Source: a virus. Taken from it: DNA of 64,000 nt. The stretch is from IMG/VR virus record IMGVR_UViG_3300019487_000031, positions 1-64,000 of that record, one strand, 5' to 3'. Of the stretch, positions 9,885 to 20,142 are shown in pieces. Each line of letters opens with the position of its first letter. Positions within the stretch are counted from its first letter, which is position 1. The notes beneath the pieces are model-generated. The model was not told where the DNA came from and made no database searches. It worked only from the letters and a program-made list of their open reading frames with translations. The position numbers and the translations under genes are program-made.

Positions 9885-11405
9885 ATGAAATTTAATGAAA
9901 ATGCAACAAAAGAAGAAGTTGTTAATTATATGGGCAAAAAAGCCTATAAACAATCCCCTAAAGAAGAACTAATTTTTGCCGTTTTAACCACTTTCATTGA
10001 AGATTCTTATTATGAAAACAAGACAGATCGTCTTGACCGAATTAAGTCTTTAGTTAAGGCCGCTGATCCTAAATTCGTTGCTAAGTTGGCAGTATACGCT
10101 AGAACAGTATTTCATATGCGGTCTGTGTTCGCCGTTTTAATTGGCGAACTTTCCAAAATTCACAAAGGAACTAGTCTTGTACGAAAAGCTATTGTACAAG
10201 GCGTAACTAGAGTAGATGATATTACTGAGATTGTTTCTTATTTAGGAGTTACTAATCCAATTCCTAATTCTGTAAAAAAAGGAATTAACGAGGCTCTTAA
10301 TAAATTCGATTCATATCATTTTGCGAAATATAGAGGAGAAAATAAAACTGTAAAACTAATAGATGTTGTTAATTTAACTCATCCTAAAGCTACTAATCCT
10401 AAAACGTCTGAAGCCCTTCGAAAACTCGTTAAAAATGAATTAAGAAATACAGATACTTGGGAATCCAAAATGTCAGGCGGACAAAGTGCTGCCTCAACTT
10501 TTAATGAATTGTTAGATTCTAATAAATTGGGATACATGGCACTTCTTAGAAATCTTCGTAATATCGCAAATACCGGAGATACTAATTTAGTTAAAAAAGT
10601 CGCAGCTATGATTAGTAATACAGAACAAGTTAAAAAATCTAAGCAGCTGCCTTTTCGTTTTCTGTCAGCTTTTGAAGCCTTGGAACAAAATACTGATTCT
10701 ACTGGGGTAGTTTTTGAAGAGGATTCAGATAATACTAATATTCTAAAAAATGCTGTAGAAGAAGCTCTAATGGTTTCTATTCAAAATATTCCACTTTTAA
10801 GTGGCAGAACGCTTATTTTGTCTGATAATTCAGGCTCAATGCATGGAGATAAAGGTGGAAATTCTTTAACTTCAGCCTATTCATCTAGAACTACTGCATC
10901 TATTGCGAATTTGTTTGCCGTATTATATTGGATGAGATCTGATAATACTTTTGTTGGACTTTTTGGCGATAGATTAATCACTCCGAAATTGGACCGAACT
11001 AAGTCAATTTTAACAAATTATAAAACTATTGCCCAATCATCTGGAGACTGTGGTTCTGGAACAGAGAGAGGAATTTTTGATGCCATAGAACTCCTTTTGC
11101 AGGAGAAAAAGAAAGTTGAACGGATTGTTATTTTTTCCGATTGTCAGGTTGGTGATGGTTGTGATTGGTATGACGATTATGGAAATAGAGGAGATAACTT
11201 TAATAAACTACTTAAGAAGTATCAAGAATTTAATCCTAACGTAAAAGTTTATACCGTGAATCTAAAAGGGTATAATAATGAAATGACTTCTCAAGGAAAT
11301 GTAATGAGACTTACTGGATGGAGTGATAAGATTTTTGATATTATGGAAAGAAATGAAATTGCCCCTGAAACTATGGTAAAAGAAGTTGAAACTATTGAAC
11401 TATGA
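9885..11405 (+). CDS. rsr: Ro60-like protein with a TROVE domain and a C-terminal vWA domain (MIDAS DxSxS)
   Basis: N-terminal FAVLTTFIEDSYYE and AKLAVYARTVFHMR resemble the Ro60 TROVE region (FLCFGSEGGTYY). C-terminal LILSDNSGSMHG is a vWA MIDAS motif. Length is 506 aa, typical of Ro60 orthologs. Confidence 0.65.
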   Translation: MKFNENATKEEVVNYMGKKAYKQSPKEELIFAVLTTFIEDSYYENKTDRLDRIKSLVKAADPKFVAKLAVYARTVFHMRSVFAVLIGELSKIHKGTSLVRKAIVQGVTRVDDITEIVSYLGVTNPIPNSVKKGINEALNKFDSYHFAKYRGENKTVKLIDVVNLTHPKATNPKTSEALRKLVKNELRNTDTWESKMSGGQSAASTFNELLDSNKLGYMALLRNLRNIANTGDTNLVKKVAAMISNTEQVKKSKQLPFRFLSAFEALEQNTDSTGVVFEEDSDNTNILKNAVEEALMVSIQNIPLLSGRTLILSDNSGSMHGDKGGNSLTSAYSSRTTASIANLFAVLYWMRSDNTFVGLFGDRLITPKLDRTKSILTNYKTIAQSSGDCGSGTERGIFDAIELLLQEKKKVERIVIFSDCQVGDGCDWYDDYGNRGDNFNKLLKKYQEFNPNVKVYTVNLKGYNNEMTSQGNVMRLTGWSDKIFDIMERNEIAPETMVKEVETIEL

Positions 11406-11529
11406 CATATTTACAAGAATTAAAAGAACGCCAAAGAAGATTGGCGCGCGGGTTCAGACGCGGCTAACGACATTAGAGACATTGAAGCCGAACAAGTTGG
11501 TTATGCTCAAGCTATGTTAGATAAAGCCG

Positions 11530-11979
11530 ATGATAAAACTTTGTACTGATTGTAATCAAGAAAAACCAGCAACTAAAGTTTTTTGGTATAAAAATACCGG
11601 AGGAAAACTAGGTTTTCGTTCTACTTGCAAAATTTGCACCAATAAAGATAATATAGCTAGGCATAAAAAATCTTCTAAAAAATGGGAACTAGCCAAACGA
11701 AACGGCGTTCTAAAAAGAAATTACGGAATTACACTGGAACAATATAATAAAATGTTAATGGAACAAGAAAGTTCTTGTTTAATCTGCCATACAAAAAGTT
11801 CTGGAAGAAAAAATAGTAAGCGTTTATGCGTCGATCATTCCCATAAAACCGGAAAAGTTAAAGGACTTTTATGCTCAATTTGTAATTCAATAATTGGATT
11901 TATCGAAAGGACTAATAATCCTTTGTTAACCGTAGAAAATATAGTAAAATACAGGGATAAATTAGATGAAAAATCTTGA
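11530..11979 (+). CDS. Endonuclease VII-type homing endonuclease (T4 gp49-like) with an N-terminal zinc finger
   Basis: CLICH...LCVDHSHKTGKVKGLLCSICNSIIG matches the endonuclease VII signature (C-x2-C ... DHDH.TG.VRGLLC..CN). Paralogous to 16944, 35198 and 37193. Confidence 0.75.
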   Translation: MIKLCTDCNQEKPATKVFWYKNTGGKLGFRSTCKICTNKDNIARHKKSSKKWELAKRNGVLKRNYGITLEQYNKMLMEQESSCLICHTKSSGRKNSKRLCVDHSHKTGKVKGLLCSICNSIIGFIERTNNPLLTVENIVKYRDKLDEKS

Positions 11980-12451
11980 CGTTCATTTTAGCTCTAAATC
12001 TGATGATTGGGCTACGCCGCAAGATTTTTTTAATAAAGTAAATGCCGAATTCGGTCCTTTTGATTTGGATGTTTGTGCTAGCCATGATAATTTTAAATGT
12101 CCAAAGTATTTAACTTCAAAAGGGTTTTTTGATAGTGCGTGGGGATGGATTTCGTCCGCCGATGGTTTAAATGGAGAATGGGCAGCTATCTCTAAACGCG
12201 CTTGGTGCAATCCCCCTTACGGACGACAGATAGGAAAATGGATAAAGAAAGCTTATGAAGAATCACAAAAAGGGTGTCTTGTTGTCGCTTTGCTTCCTGC
12301 TAGAACTGACACTCGTTATTTTCACACTTACATCTACGGACAGGTCAATGTGGAAATTAGGTTTATTCGCGGCAGGCTTAGATTTGGTCGCGCTACCGCT
12401 AGCGCACCTTTTCCCTTAATGCTCGTCATCTTTCATCCGAAAAAGGACTAA
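11966..12451 (+). CDS. dam: Phage-type DNA N6-adenine methyltransferase (Dam family)
   Basis: AWCNPPYGRQIGKW carries the (D/N)PPY catalytic motif. N-terminal WATPQDFF and DLDVCAS are typical of the phage Dam family. Confidence 0.8.
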   Translation: MKNLDVHFSSKSDDWATPQDFFNKVNAEFGPFDLDVCASHDNFKCPKYLTSKGFFDSAWGWISSADGLNGEWAAISKRAWCNPPYGRQIGKWIKKAYEESQKGCLVVALLPARTDTRYFHTYIYGQVNVEIRFIRGRLRFGRATASAPFPLMLVIFHPKKD

Positions 12452-12452
12452 A

Positions 12453-13088
12453 ATGTCTGAAATTCTAGTAGAATTACAAGATTGGCTTGGAAATGACAGA
12501 CAAATCGCCGAAGCCGCCTGGACCCGCGGCTACGATAAATCCAAAAGAGATACAAAAACCGATGAACAAGTTTCTATATTAGTTCGAAGATTAGCACAAG
12601 AAGGTCATTCTGTTCCGTTTGAATCGGTTGTATTGCGTTTCTGGATTAGAATGCCTATATTTGTTGATAGACAGCATATGCCGCATCGTATAGGCCCCCA
12701 CAGCGGATTATCGGACCGTTATAGAACAATGCCCACGGATTACTATGATATACCTGAAAATGTTGATGAAATTCTTTTAAAAATTGAGAATCAGCATCCA
12801 AATATTTTTCCAACAATCGAAACCCATAATAAGACATGGAATATGTTTGATGCATATTATGAATCTTGTGAAATTGCAATAAATAATTATAAATTATCAA
12901 TTAACAAATTAAAATATTACGAAAAACAAAATATTATTACAAACGAGGAGTTTAAAAGAGTCCGTGAAGTTTTACAAGGCCAGCTCCCCTTATCGTGTTT
13001 TACCGAAAGAACTACTATTTTTAACTTGCGGTCCTTTTCTAATTATATTAGATTTAGGATTAAGGCATCGGCACGCCGATTTAGCTAA
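12453..13088 (+). CDS. thyX: Possible flavin-dependent thymidylate synthase (ThyX-like)
   Basis: PHRIGPHSGLSDRY resembles the ThyX RHR..S....S.RY motif, and N-terminal AEAAWTRGYDKSK resembles the ThyX AAR.CY region. Weak. Confidence 0.35.
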   Translation: MSEILVELQDWLGNDRQIAEAAWTRGYDKSKRDTKTDEQVSILVRRLAQEGHSVPFESVVLRFWIRMPIFVDRQHMPHRIGPHSGLSDRYRTMPTDYYDIPENVDEILLKIENQHPNIFPTIETHNKTWNMFDAYYESCEIAINNYKLSINKLKYYEKQNIITNEEFKRVREVLQGQLPLSCFTERTTIFNLRSFSNYIRFRIKASARRFS

Positions 13089-13840
13089 ACGGCTTTCTAT
13101 GGGACCATCATTTTATTGTCCGGAAGAAAAAGTTCGAGAAGGCGTCGTTATTAAGGCAAGAACTTAATATGGACAAAATGGATCTAAAAGAGCTTTGAAG
13201 TTAATTTCTGAGGATTATTTAAACGATCCTTCTAATACGGAGAATCATTAATGCTATTAATTGATAAATTGGCAATTCTTATAGTGATCATTTGTTTCAT
13301 AGTACTTATGTCAATGTTTTTGTTTCAGACAAAAATTACACTTTTATATGAAGTTGGGGATTGTATAAGATTAAAAGATGCCGAAAGATGGGAAACTAAT
13401 AACCCTCTTCTTGTTTTAGATGTTGGCAAAAGGGCTTATAAAGTATCGGATTTTCAAGATGCCGCTAACTGTGAATCGAATGATCGTCGATATGGATGTT
13501 ATAGTTTAAAGTTTACCGAACAACAAGAATACGAAAAAACATCTTGCAATGGATTATAGAATATAATAGAATACTCATATGCCCAAAGGAAGACCAAAAT
13601 TGCCCGATCCTAATGCGAATTATAGCCCAAAAAAGATTGGGGGTTTAACTGATACGGCTTTTAGTATTGCTAAGATTAATGATTCTTTTGTATTTGTTAA
13701 AATTCAGTATAATCCCATTTCTGGTGATGTCGGCGTTCCGGAAATGACTATTAAATCGTCATTAATGGAAGTCGAATATGAATTGAGGGATCAAATAGAT
13801 TTTTATTTAGATAAGAAACAATATACTTAAGGAGATGTAA

Positions 13841-14395
13841 ATGAAGAATTTAATTATTGTATTATTCGCGGCCCTTCTTTCGGGTTGTTCCATTGTTGGA
13901 CCAGGAACTCGCGGAATTCGAGTGTCTTTGGGACAAGCAAATCCCGAATCCTTAAGAGAAGGTCTGTATCTTTGGATTCCATTTGTTTATGGAATGTCTA
14001 AAATGGATGTTCAAATTCAAAAGTCGGAAATTGAAATCAATGCGGCTTCGAAGGATATGCAAGATGTAATCACTCATTTCGCTCTAAACTGGCATATTAA
14101 TCCTGAAAAAGTTGTTGAAGTATATAAAACGATTGGTAATGAAAATAATGTTTTAACTAATATTATTACTCCGGCTAAACAAGCTGAATACGAAGCTATT
14201 AAAGCAAAACAAGACGCCGTGGCCGAAGTAAATCGTGCCGAAGGCCAGGCAAGAGCGCAAAATCTTTTAAAACTAACTCTAACCCCGGAACTTTTACAAT
14301 TAAAGGCTTTGGAAAAGTGGAATGGACAATTTCCGCAAGTTATGGGTTCAGGAACATTACCTTTTATTAATTTAAAAATGAAGGGCAATGAATAA
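13841..14395 (+). CDS. Lipoprotein with an SPFH/band-7-like domain
   Basis: Signal peptide plus lipobox LLSGCS. The downstream region is compatible with SPFH. Confidence 0.4.
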   Translation: MKNLIIVLFAALLSGCSIVGPGTRGIRVSLGQANPESLREGLYLWIPFVYGMSKMDVQIQKSEIEINAASKDMQDVITHFALNWHINPEKVVEVYKTIGNENNVLTNIITPAKQAEYEAIKAKQDAVAEVNRAEGQARAQNLLKLTLTPELLQLKALEKWNGQFPQVMGSGTLPFINLKMKGNE

Positions 14396-14637
14396 ATGAA
14401 AGTAAAAGAACTTATTAAACAGTTAAAAATGCTTAACCCTAATTTTGAGGTTATTTTATCTAAAGATGAGGAAGGAAATGGATATTCTCCTGCCTCTAGT
14501 TTAGTAGAATGCGATTATACCCCAGAAAATACATGGTCAGGAGAAGCCTATTTTGAAGATTACGAAGAAGAAGATTCGGATTATATTTTTGAACCCAATG
14601 CAGTAATTTTATATCCAACAAATTAAAGGAGAAAATA

Positions 14638-15228
14638 ATGGAAGTTAAAACTAAAAAAGGAACTGTTCTACCGCTTATTAATCTTAAGGGTAAACAATAT
14701 TTGCAAGTCGCGCATCGTATTCAGTGGTTTACTGAGGAAGTGCCAAGTTTTCATATTAGCACAGCATTTTTGACGATTAACGAAGAAGAAACCGTTGCAC
14801 AAGTCATTGTATTGGTTTTAGATGAAAAAGGTCAACCCGTTCGAAAGGCCGTTGGAACGAAGCGTGAAACCGCTCAAAGCTTTGCGGACCATACGGAAAA
14901 GGCTGAGACTGGCGCTTTAGGACGTGCTCTTATTCAACTGGGGTTTGGCACCCAATTCGCTCTAGCTGATTTGGATGAAGGAGATCGTATTGTTGATGCT
15001 CCTGTAACCAATACAAGGGCTTCCCAAGCAAGCGCGACTCCAAAAGCCGCCCCCCTAGCCGCTGTGCTATCTAAGGAAGGCTCTATTGGAAGTCCTTCGA
15101 CTAGCGCCGCTGAAGTAGCTCCAACAAAGAAGGCTTCTTTTAGAAATCCTAAGAAGACCAAAATTGTTCAAGAAGAAGTTCCAACCGCTTCAGATAATGG
15201 TTCTGATGGTACTGAATGGATTTCGTAA
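14638..15228 (+). CDS. Rad52/Sak-like single-strand annealing protein with a low-complexity C-terminal tail
   Basis: EKAETGALGRALIQLGFGTQFA aligns with Rad52 [24 protein letters not shown], and AHRIQWFTEE aligns with GHRVINLANE. Confidence 0.5.
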   Translation: MEVKTKKGTVLPLINLKGKQYLQVAHRIQWFTEEVPSFHISTAFLTINEEETVAQVIVLVLDEKGQPVRKAVGTKRETAQSFADHTEKAETGALGRALIQLGFGTQFALADLDEGDRIVDAPVTNTRASQASATPKAAPLAAVLSKEGSIGSPSTSAAEVAPTKKASFRNPKKTKIVQEEVPTASDNGSDGTEWIS

Positions 15229-16943
15229 TTGTTCGAAGTCGTTCAAGGAATTATATTTTGTTATAGATGTAAAAAACGTATTCTTTATGGAGAAGAAACT
15301 GAAATTTATAAATTAATGATTCATTTTCGTTATGCCAAACAAAAAAAGAAAGCTAAAGGAAATACTTATATCGGGCTTAGAGCCCATACAAGATGCCGTT
15401 TATAATTTACAAGGAAAGTACCATCATTTTCGTGATAGAGTAGAACGTATATGGTCTTATATTCCGGTTTTATGGCGAGTATATGATTTTGATTGGACTA
15501 GTGCTTTTCATGTTTTAGAACACCAATTGTCGCGATTGGAATATGCTATTTTAAATGGTCATAGTGCCACTAGAAAAAAAACGGCTAGAGATATTCGAAT
15601 TGTTCGAGATTGCTTGAAAAGATTGTCTGAAGATCATAGAATAAGATTAGCCGAAAAGGAATGGGATGAATGGCACGCTTCTTTCGGAGAAGGAGATTTT
15701 CTTGATAGCATTAATAAACCTAGAACTAAAGAACAAGATAGATTATTCCGAATAGCCCAAGCTAAGGAAGAAGAACTGATTAAATATTTTGAAGGTATGC
15801 TGTTCAGTGGATTAAAAAAATATAGACATTGGTGGGATTAATGAATTATATGGTTGTATACGTTGAAGGATGTATTTCTAAAGTTAAAAACTTTAAAACC
15901 TATAAGAACGCTCTTAAATTTGCACAAAAACATGAAAAATTGCGTGTTAAAGAATATTCAGACGATTGGGCAGAAGGAATTATTAAAGGTAAAGTCATTA
16001 AAACTTATGACTTGGGTTCTTATTTAAAGGGTAAGAAATGATTTCTAAACGCCGAGAAGGAACAATAGTTCTAACAGATCGCCACGTTTCTGTTTTACAC
16101 AATCATTATACAGACGGTTCTGGACCTTCATTAATTTTACAAGTTTCACAAAAAGAGCTTATTCAACTTGGAAAATTAGCTAAAAAGAAAACTAAATTTT
16201 TAGAAGGTAAATATCCTGGGTGTTTTTTACATTTAAGTCCAGAAATCTCCTTCTTTATAGAAAGTAAAAATGGAAAATCAAGAAGTAAAAAATCCCGAAG
16301 CCGATAAACCCCCAACAGATAATTTAGAAATTGCTAATGCAATGTTTGAAAATCTGTTTATTCCGTTTTCTCAAAGCTTAGAAAAGCTTTCACGAAAACA
16401 ATTAGTTCGAGTTATTAAATGTCTAGTCAAATTCCCTTTTCTTGAAAAGAAGGAAATGAATTTGAAAGAAGAGATCGAAAAAGGATCTTTTATGTTTGGT
16501 GAACGAATTATTTATGCGAATATGGTAAAACGTGCTAGACTAGAATTAGATAGAGCTTTTAAAGAAGTTGAAGATCAAAAAGATACAGAGAAATCTAAAT
16601 CAAAAAAAACTAAGGAGAAGAAAAATGGCTAAGGATAAGAAATATACGAAAATTGGTAGTATTTGGCAGGGAAAATATGGTCCTGTCCTTTTTACTGGTG
16701 ATGAAAAGGCTCAAAACCCTGATTATCAGTTTGAAGTTCAAATCTTGGTGAAGGATGGAAAAGGAAATAAGAAAACTGTTGTAAAGAATCCTGTTCTATC
16801 CCTTAAAGATCCTCGCGAGTTTGAAAATCGGGCCGGTAAAGTTCCTGAGAAGCTTCTTTTTGAAGTTTCTATTGTGGAAGAGACTTAATTTTTAAACTGG
16901 TGCCCACTCTAACAGAAAAGGCGATAGGCTTCCCTTTGGGCGT

Positions 16944-17144
16944 TTGGCTGTAAGATATCGCAGCCCGGGAATAATGAATAGAAGTAATTACTCTAAACAT
17001 TTATCTGTTGATCATAATCATAAAACTAAACAAGTCAGAGGTTTATTATGCACCTCTTGTAATTCTGCACTTGGATTATTTAGAGAATCTGCTATAGTTT
17101 TAAAGGGCGCAATTAATTACTTGAAAAAATATGAGAAAAAATAA
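16944..17144 (+). CDS. Mini endonuclease VII-like protein (66 aa)
   Basis: LSVDHNHKTKQVRGLLCTSCNSALG matches the endonuclease VII core. It sits immediately upstream of the intein-containing primase-helicase. Confidence 0.55.
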   Translation: MAVRYRSPGIMNRSNYSKHLSVDHNHKTKQVRGLLCTSCNSALGLFRESAIVLKGAINYLKKYEKK

Positions 17145-20142
17145 AATGGAATATATTCGACTTTCAGAAAATTATAATATCAATTCTTTAATTCCAGTTT
17201 CAAGTTCTCCCTACGGTTTTATTAAAAATAAAGAACTTCCTTATTTTATATCCATGCTTAAATACAATGAAGAGCATTTTAAAATTTGGAAAAAAACTAA
17301 ATCTTTGAAAGGAATTTCTGGTGGTCTAACTAATAAAATTTGGTTTGATTTTGACAGCCATGAGGAATTATCTCTTTGTTTTTCCGATGCTGTAAAATGT
17401 GTAAAATTTCTTAAAACTTTAGATATTCCAGAAGAATGTATACAAATTTCCTTTTCAGGTAATAAAGGTATTGGACTTATTATTGAGACTGATACTGATT
17501 TTACAATCGAAGATATTCGAGCTTTTTGTATCGGGGTTTATAAAGAATTAACTTTGAAAACTTTTGATGTTAAAATGTACGATCACCAGCGCATTTTTCG
17601 TTTAGTTTTTACGAAACATGAAAAAACCGCGCGATATAAAATCCCACTTTCCTTAGAGGAACTCGAATTACAAAATATTCCTCAAATCCTTTCATTCGCT
17701 GAAAGTTTGGAACATTTTAATATTGACGATACCTTGGCTTATTACCAACCTTATAAAGTTACTAAAAAACTAACGGACAAAATTAATTCTTATAAAACCT
17801 TATCCCTTAAGAAGGATAAAACTAATTTATCCCCTATTGCGGATAATTTCATTGATTATTCTAATAAGCCTAAAGATTGGCGAAATTGTAAGTGGGCGAT
17901 TTTACAAGGACATTTTGCTGGTGGAGAACGTCACCAAGCTTTAACTATTATTGCTGCCACGGCTCGCGGATTAGGATATGATCGTGAAACCGCTTATTAT
18001 CTCTGTAAATCCGCTATTAAGAAACAAGCTAGACTTCATTCTCAAGAAGAATTTGATACTGACGAAGTATGGGAAAATATTCTAGAAAGCATTTATGCTC
18101 CCGATTGGAAGGGCGGCCAATATTCTTGTAAAACTGATTTATGGCTTCAAAACTATTGTGAACATCTTGGCGTTCATAAATGTCAAAATGATAAAGCGGT
18201 TAATCCCACAATTCAAATTGAAGAAGCTTATGGGCTTTTCAAAGACTATGCTGAAAATATTGACAAGCTAACTATTAAAACCGGCATTAATCCAATTGAT
18301 CATAATCTTAGAATGACTATTGGAATGTTGGTAGGACTTGTGGCTCCTGCGGGCGTCGGCAAATGTCTTGGAAAAGGTACTCCGATTTTAATGTATGATG
18401 GGACTATTAAAAACGTTGAGGATATTCACTCAGGCGATTTGTTAATGGGAGATGATTCAACTCCTCGTAAAGTATTAAGTACTTGTAGAGGACAAGAAAA
18501 TCTTTATGAAGTTCAACAAGAAACCGGAATGAACTATGTTGTCAATGAATCACACATTCTTTCATTAAAAGGTTCCTGGAAAACTAATAATAAAAGATTA
18601 AAATATATCCAATACGGAAATATTGTTGATATTGAAGTTAAAGAATATTTAAATAAAAGTAAGCAATTTAAACAATACATGAAAGGATACAGAGTTCCTA
18701 TTGAATTTCCTGAAAGTAACTTAGAACTTTCTCCATATTTTCTAGGCTATTGGATTGGGGATGGAACTACCGATAAATGCGAAATCACATTTGGCAAAAC
18801 TGATATTAATCATATTAAATGGTTTGAGAAGTTTGCTTTAGAAAATAATTGTTTTGTTACCAAATATCAAGATCGCGAATGTATGCGATTAAATTTTTCC
18901 GGAGCAAGAGGAGATAATATTGTTGCGAATAATCTTCCTAGTAATAAAACTATTCCTGAAAAATATCTTGTTAACTCTAGAAAAAATCGTTTAGAGCTAT
19001 TAGCCGGTATAATTGATTCAGATGGTCATTATAATAAATCTAGAAATATATATGAAATTATTACTAAATATGAAGAATTAGCTAATCAAATTCAAAATTT
19101 AGCATCACTTCTGGGATTTAGAAGCAAAATCTCTCTTAGTGAAAAATACTGTATTTATAAAAATGAAAAAAGAACTGGGTTGTATTATAGAGTTATTATT
19201 AAGGGTAATAACTTATATGAGATTCCGTGTAAAATTGAAAGAAAAATTTCTAGACCTATAGAACAACAAAGACATTATGATTTAAGTAAAGTTGAAGTAG
19301 TTTCAAAAGGCGTTGGGGATTATTACGGGTTTGAAATTGATGGAAACAAACGATTCGTTTTAAAAGATGGCACTGTAACGCATAACACCTCAATTTCCCT
19401 CCAAGTGCTTAATACTATGTCGAAAAATGACGAGCTTTGTTGTTTCTTCAGCTTTGATATGTTCCACGCTCTTGTATTCCAAAAGCTTGTTCAAAAACAC
19501 TTCCAAGTTGATCCAGAACATATTTTCGATTCCTTTAAAGCCAACCCTGAATATGGTCAACAAGTTATTGAACTACTTCAACAGGAATACAAAAATGTAG
19601 AGTTTTGTTTTGATGCTGGTCAAACCCCAGATCAAATTGCGCAAACTATTAAAATGGTTGAAGAGAAGCGCGGAAAGAAAGTTCGATTCATTGTAATTGA
19701 TTATAATGAGCTTGTACTATCTGATAAGTCAGATCCTACTGCGGCTTCCGCTTATGTTATTCAAAAGCTTCGTGAAATTGCTAATACTCAAAATCTTTGT
19801 GTTCTAGTATTGTTACAGCCTAACAAAATATCCGGCAATCCCTCAGAAGAGATTAATTCTTATCATGCGGCTAAAGGTTCGTCCGCAATCTCTCAAGCCG
19901 TTTCTATTATGCTAGGTGTTAATCGTCCAGGCTATGATCCAAAATATCCAGAAGATGATAAATTCATTACAGTTAATTGTTTAAAGAATCGAATGGGTAA
20001 GTTATTCTCAGTAGATTTACATTGGAATGGATTAACTGGAACCGTTCGAGAATTAACAGTTGAAGAAAAAGGTCATTTAAGAAATGTTCTAGCCCGGAAG
20101 GAAGAAGAGAAGAATAAAAAAGGCGGAGGCTGGATTGAATAA
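17131..20142 (+). CDS. Bifunctional primase-helicase (AEP/prim-pol-like N-terminus plus DnaB-family helicase) interrupted by an intein
   Basis: N-terminal WFDFDSHEE (DxD) and ISFSGNKGIG (AEP motif II-like). C-terminal DnaB-like motifs (FIVIDYNELV...). Walker A APAGVGK|TS is reconstituted after intein removal. Confidence 0.8.
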   Translation: MRKNKMEYIRLSENYNINSLIPVSSSPYGFIKNKELPYFISMLKYNEEHFKIWKKTKSLKGISGGLTNKIWFDFDSHEELSLCFSDAVKCVKFLKTLDIPEECIQISFSGNKGIGLIIETDTDFTIEDIRAFCIGVYKELTLKTFDVKMYDHQRIFRLVFTKHEKTARYKIPLSLEELELQNIPQILSFAESLEHFNIDDTLAYYQPYKVTKKLTDKINSYKTLSLKKDKTNLSPIADNFIDYSNKPKDWRNCKWAILQGHFAGGERHQALTIIAATARGLGYDRETAYYLCKSAIKKQARLHSQEEFDTDEVWENILESIYAPDWKGGQYSCKTDLWLQNYCEHLGVHKCQNDKAVNPTIQIEEAYGLFKDYAENIDKLTIKTGINPIDHNLRMTIGMLVGLVAPAGVGKCLGKGTPILMYDGTIKNVEDIHSGDLLMGDDSTPRKVLSTCRGQENLYEVQQETGMNYVVNESHILSLKGSWKTNNKRLKYIQYGNIVDIEVKEYLNKSKQFKQYMKGYRVPIEFPESNLELSPYFLGYWIGDGTTDKCEITFGKTDINHIKWFEKFALENNCFVTKYQDRECMRLNFSGARGDNIVANNLPSNKTIPEKYLVNSRKNRLELLAGIIDSDGHYNKSRNIYEIITKYEELANQIQNLASLLGFRSKISLSEKYCIYKNEKRTGLYYRVIIKGNNLYEIPCKIERKISRPIEQQRHYDLSKVEVVSKGVGDYYGFEIDGNKRFVLKDGTVTHNTSISLQVLNTMSKNDELCCFFSFDMFHALVFQKLVQKHFQVDPEHIFDSFKANPEYGQQVIELLQQEYKNVEFCFDAGQTPDQIAQTIKMVEEKRGKKVRFIVIDYNELVLSDKSDPTAASAYVIQKLREIANTQNLCVLVLLQPNKISGNPSEEINSYHAAKGSSAISQAVSIMLGVNRPGYDPKYPEDDKFITVNCLKNRMGKLFSVDLHWNGLTGTVRELTVEEKGHLRNVLARKEEEKNKKGGGWIE
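18364..19386 (+). mobile_element. Intein (341 aa) with a LAGLIDADG homing endonuclease domain, inserted in the helicase P-loop
   Basis: Starts CLGKGTPILMYDG (Cys1, block A) directly after GVGK. Contains LAGIIDSDGHY. Ends VTHN followed by Thr(+1). Splicing would give the canonical GVGKTS Walker A. In frame with the host ORF. Confidence 0.8.

Noticed and set aside
12453-13088. ThyX assignment as firm
   Set aside because: The motif is PHR rather than RHR and the spacing is not verified. It is kept only as a low-confidence feature.
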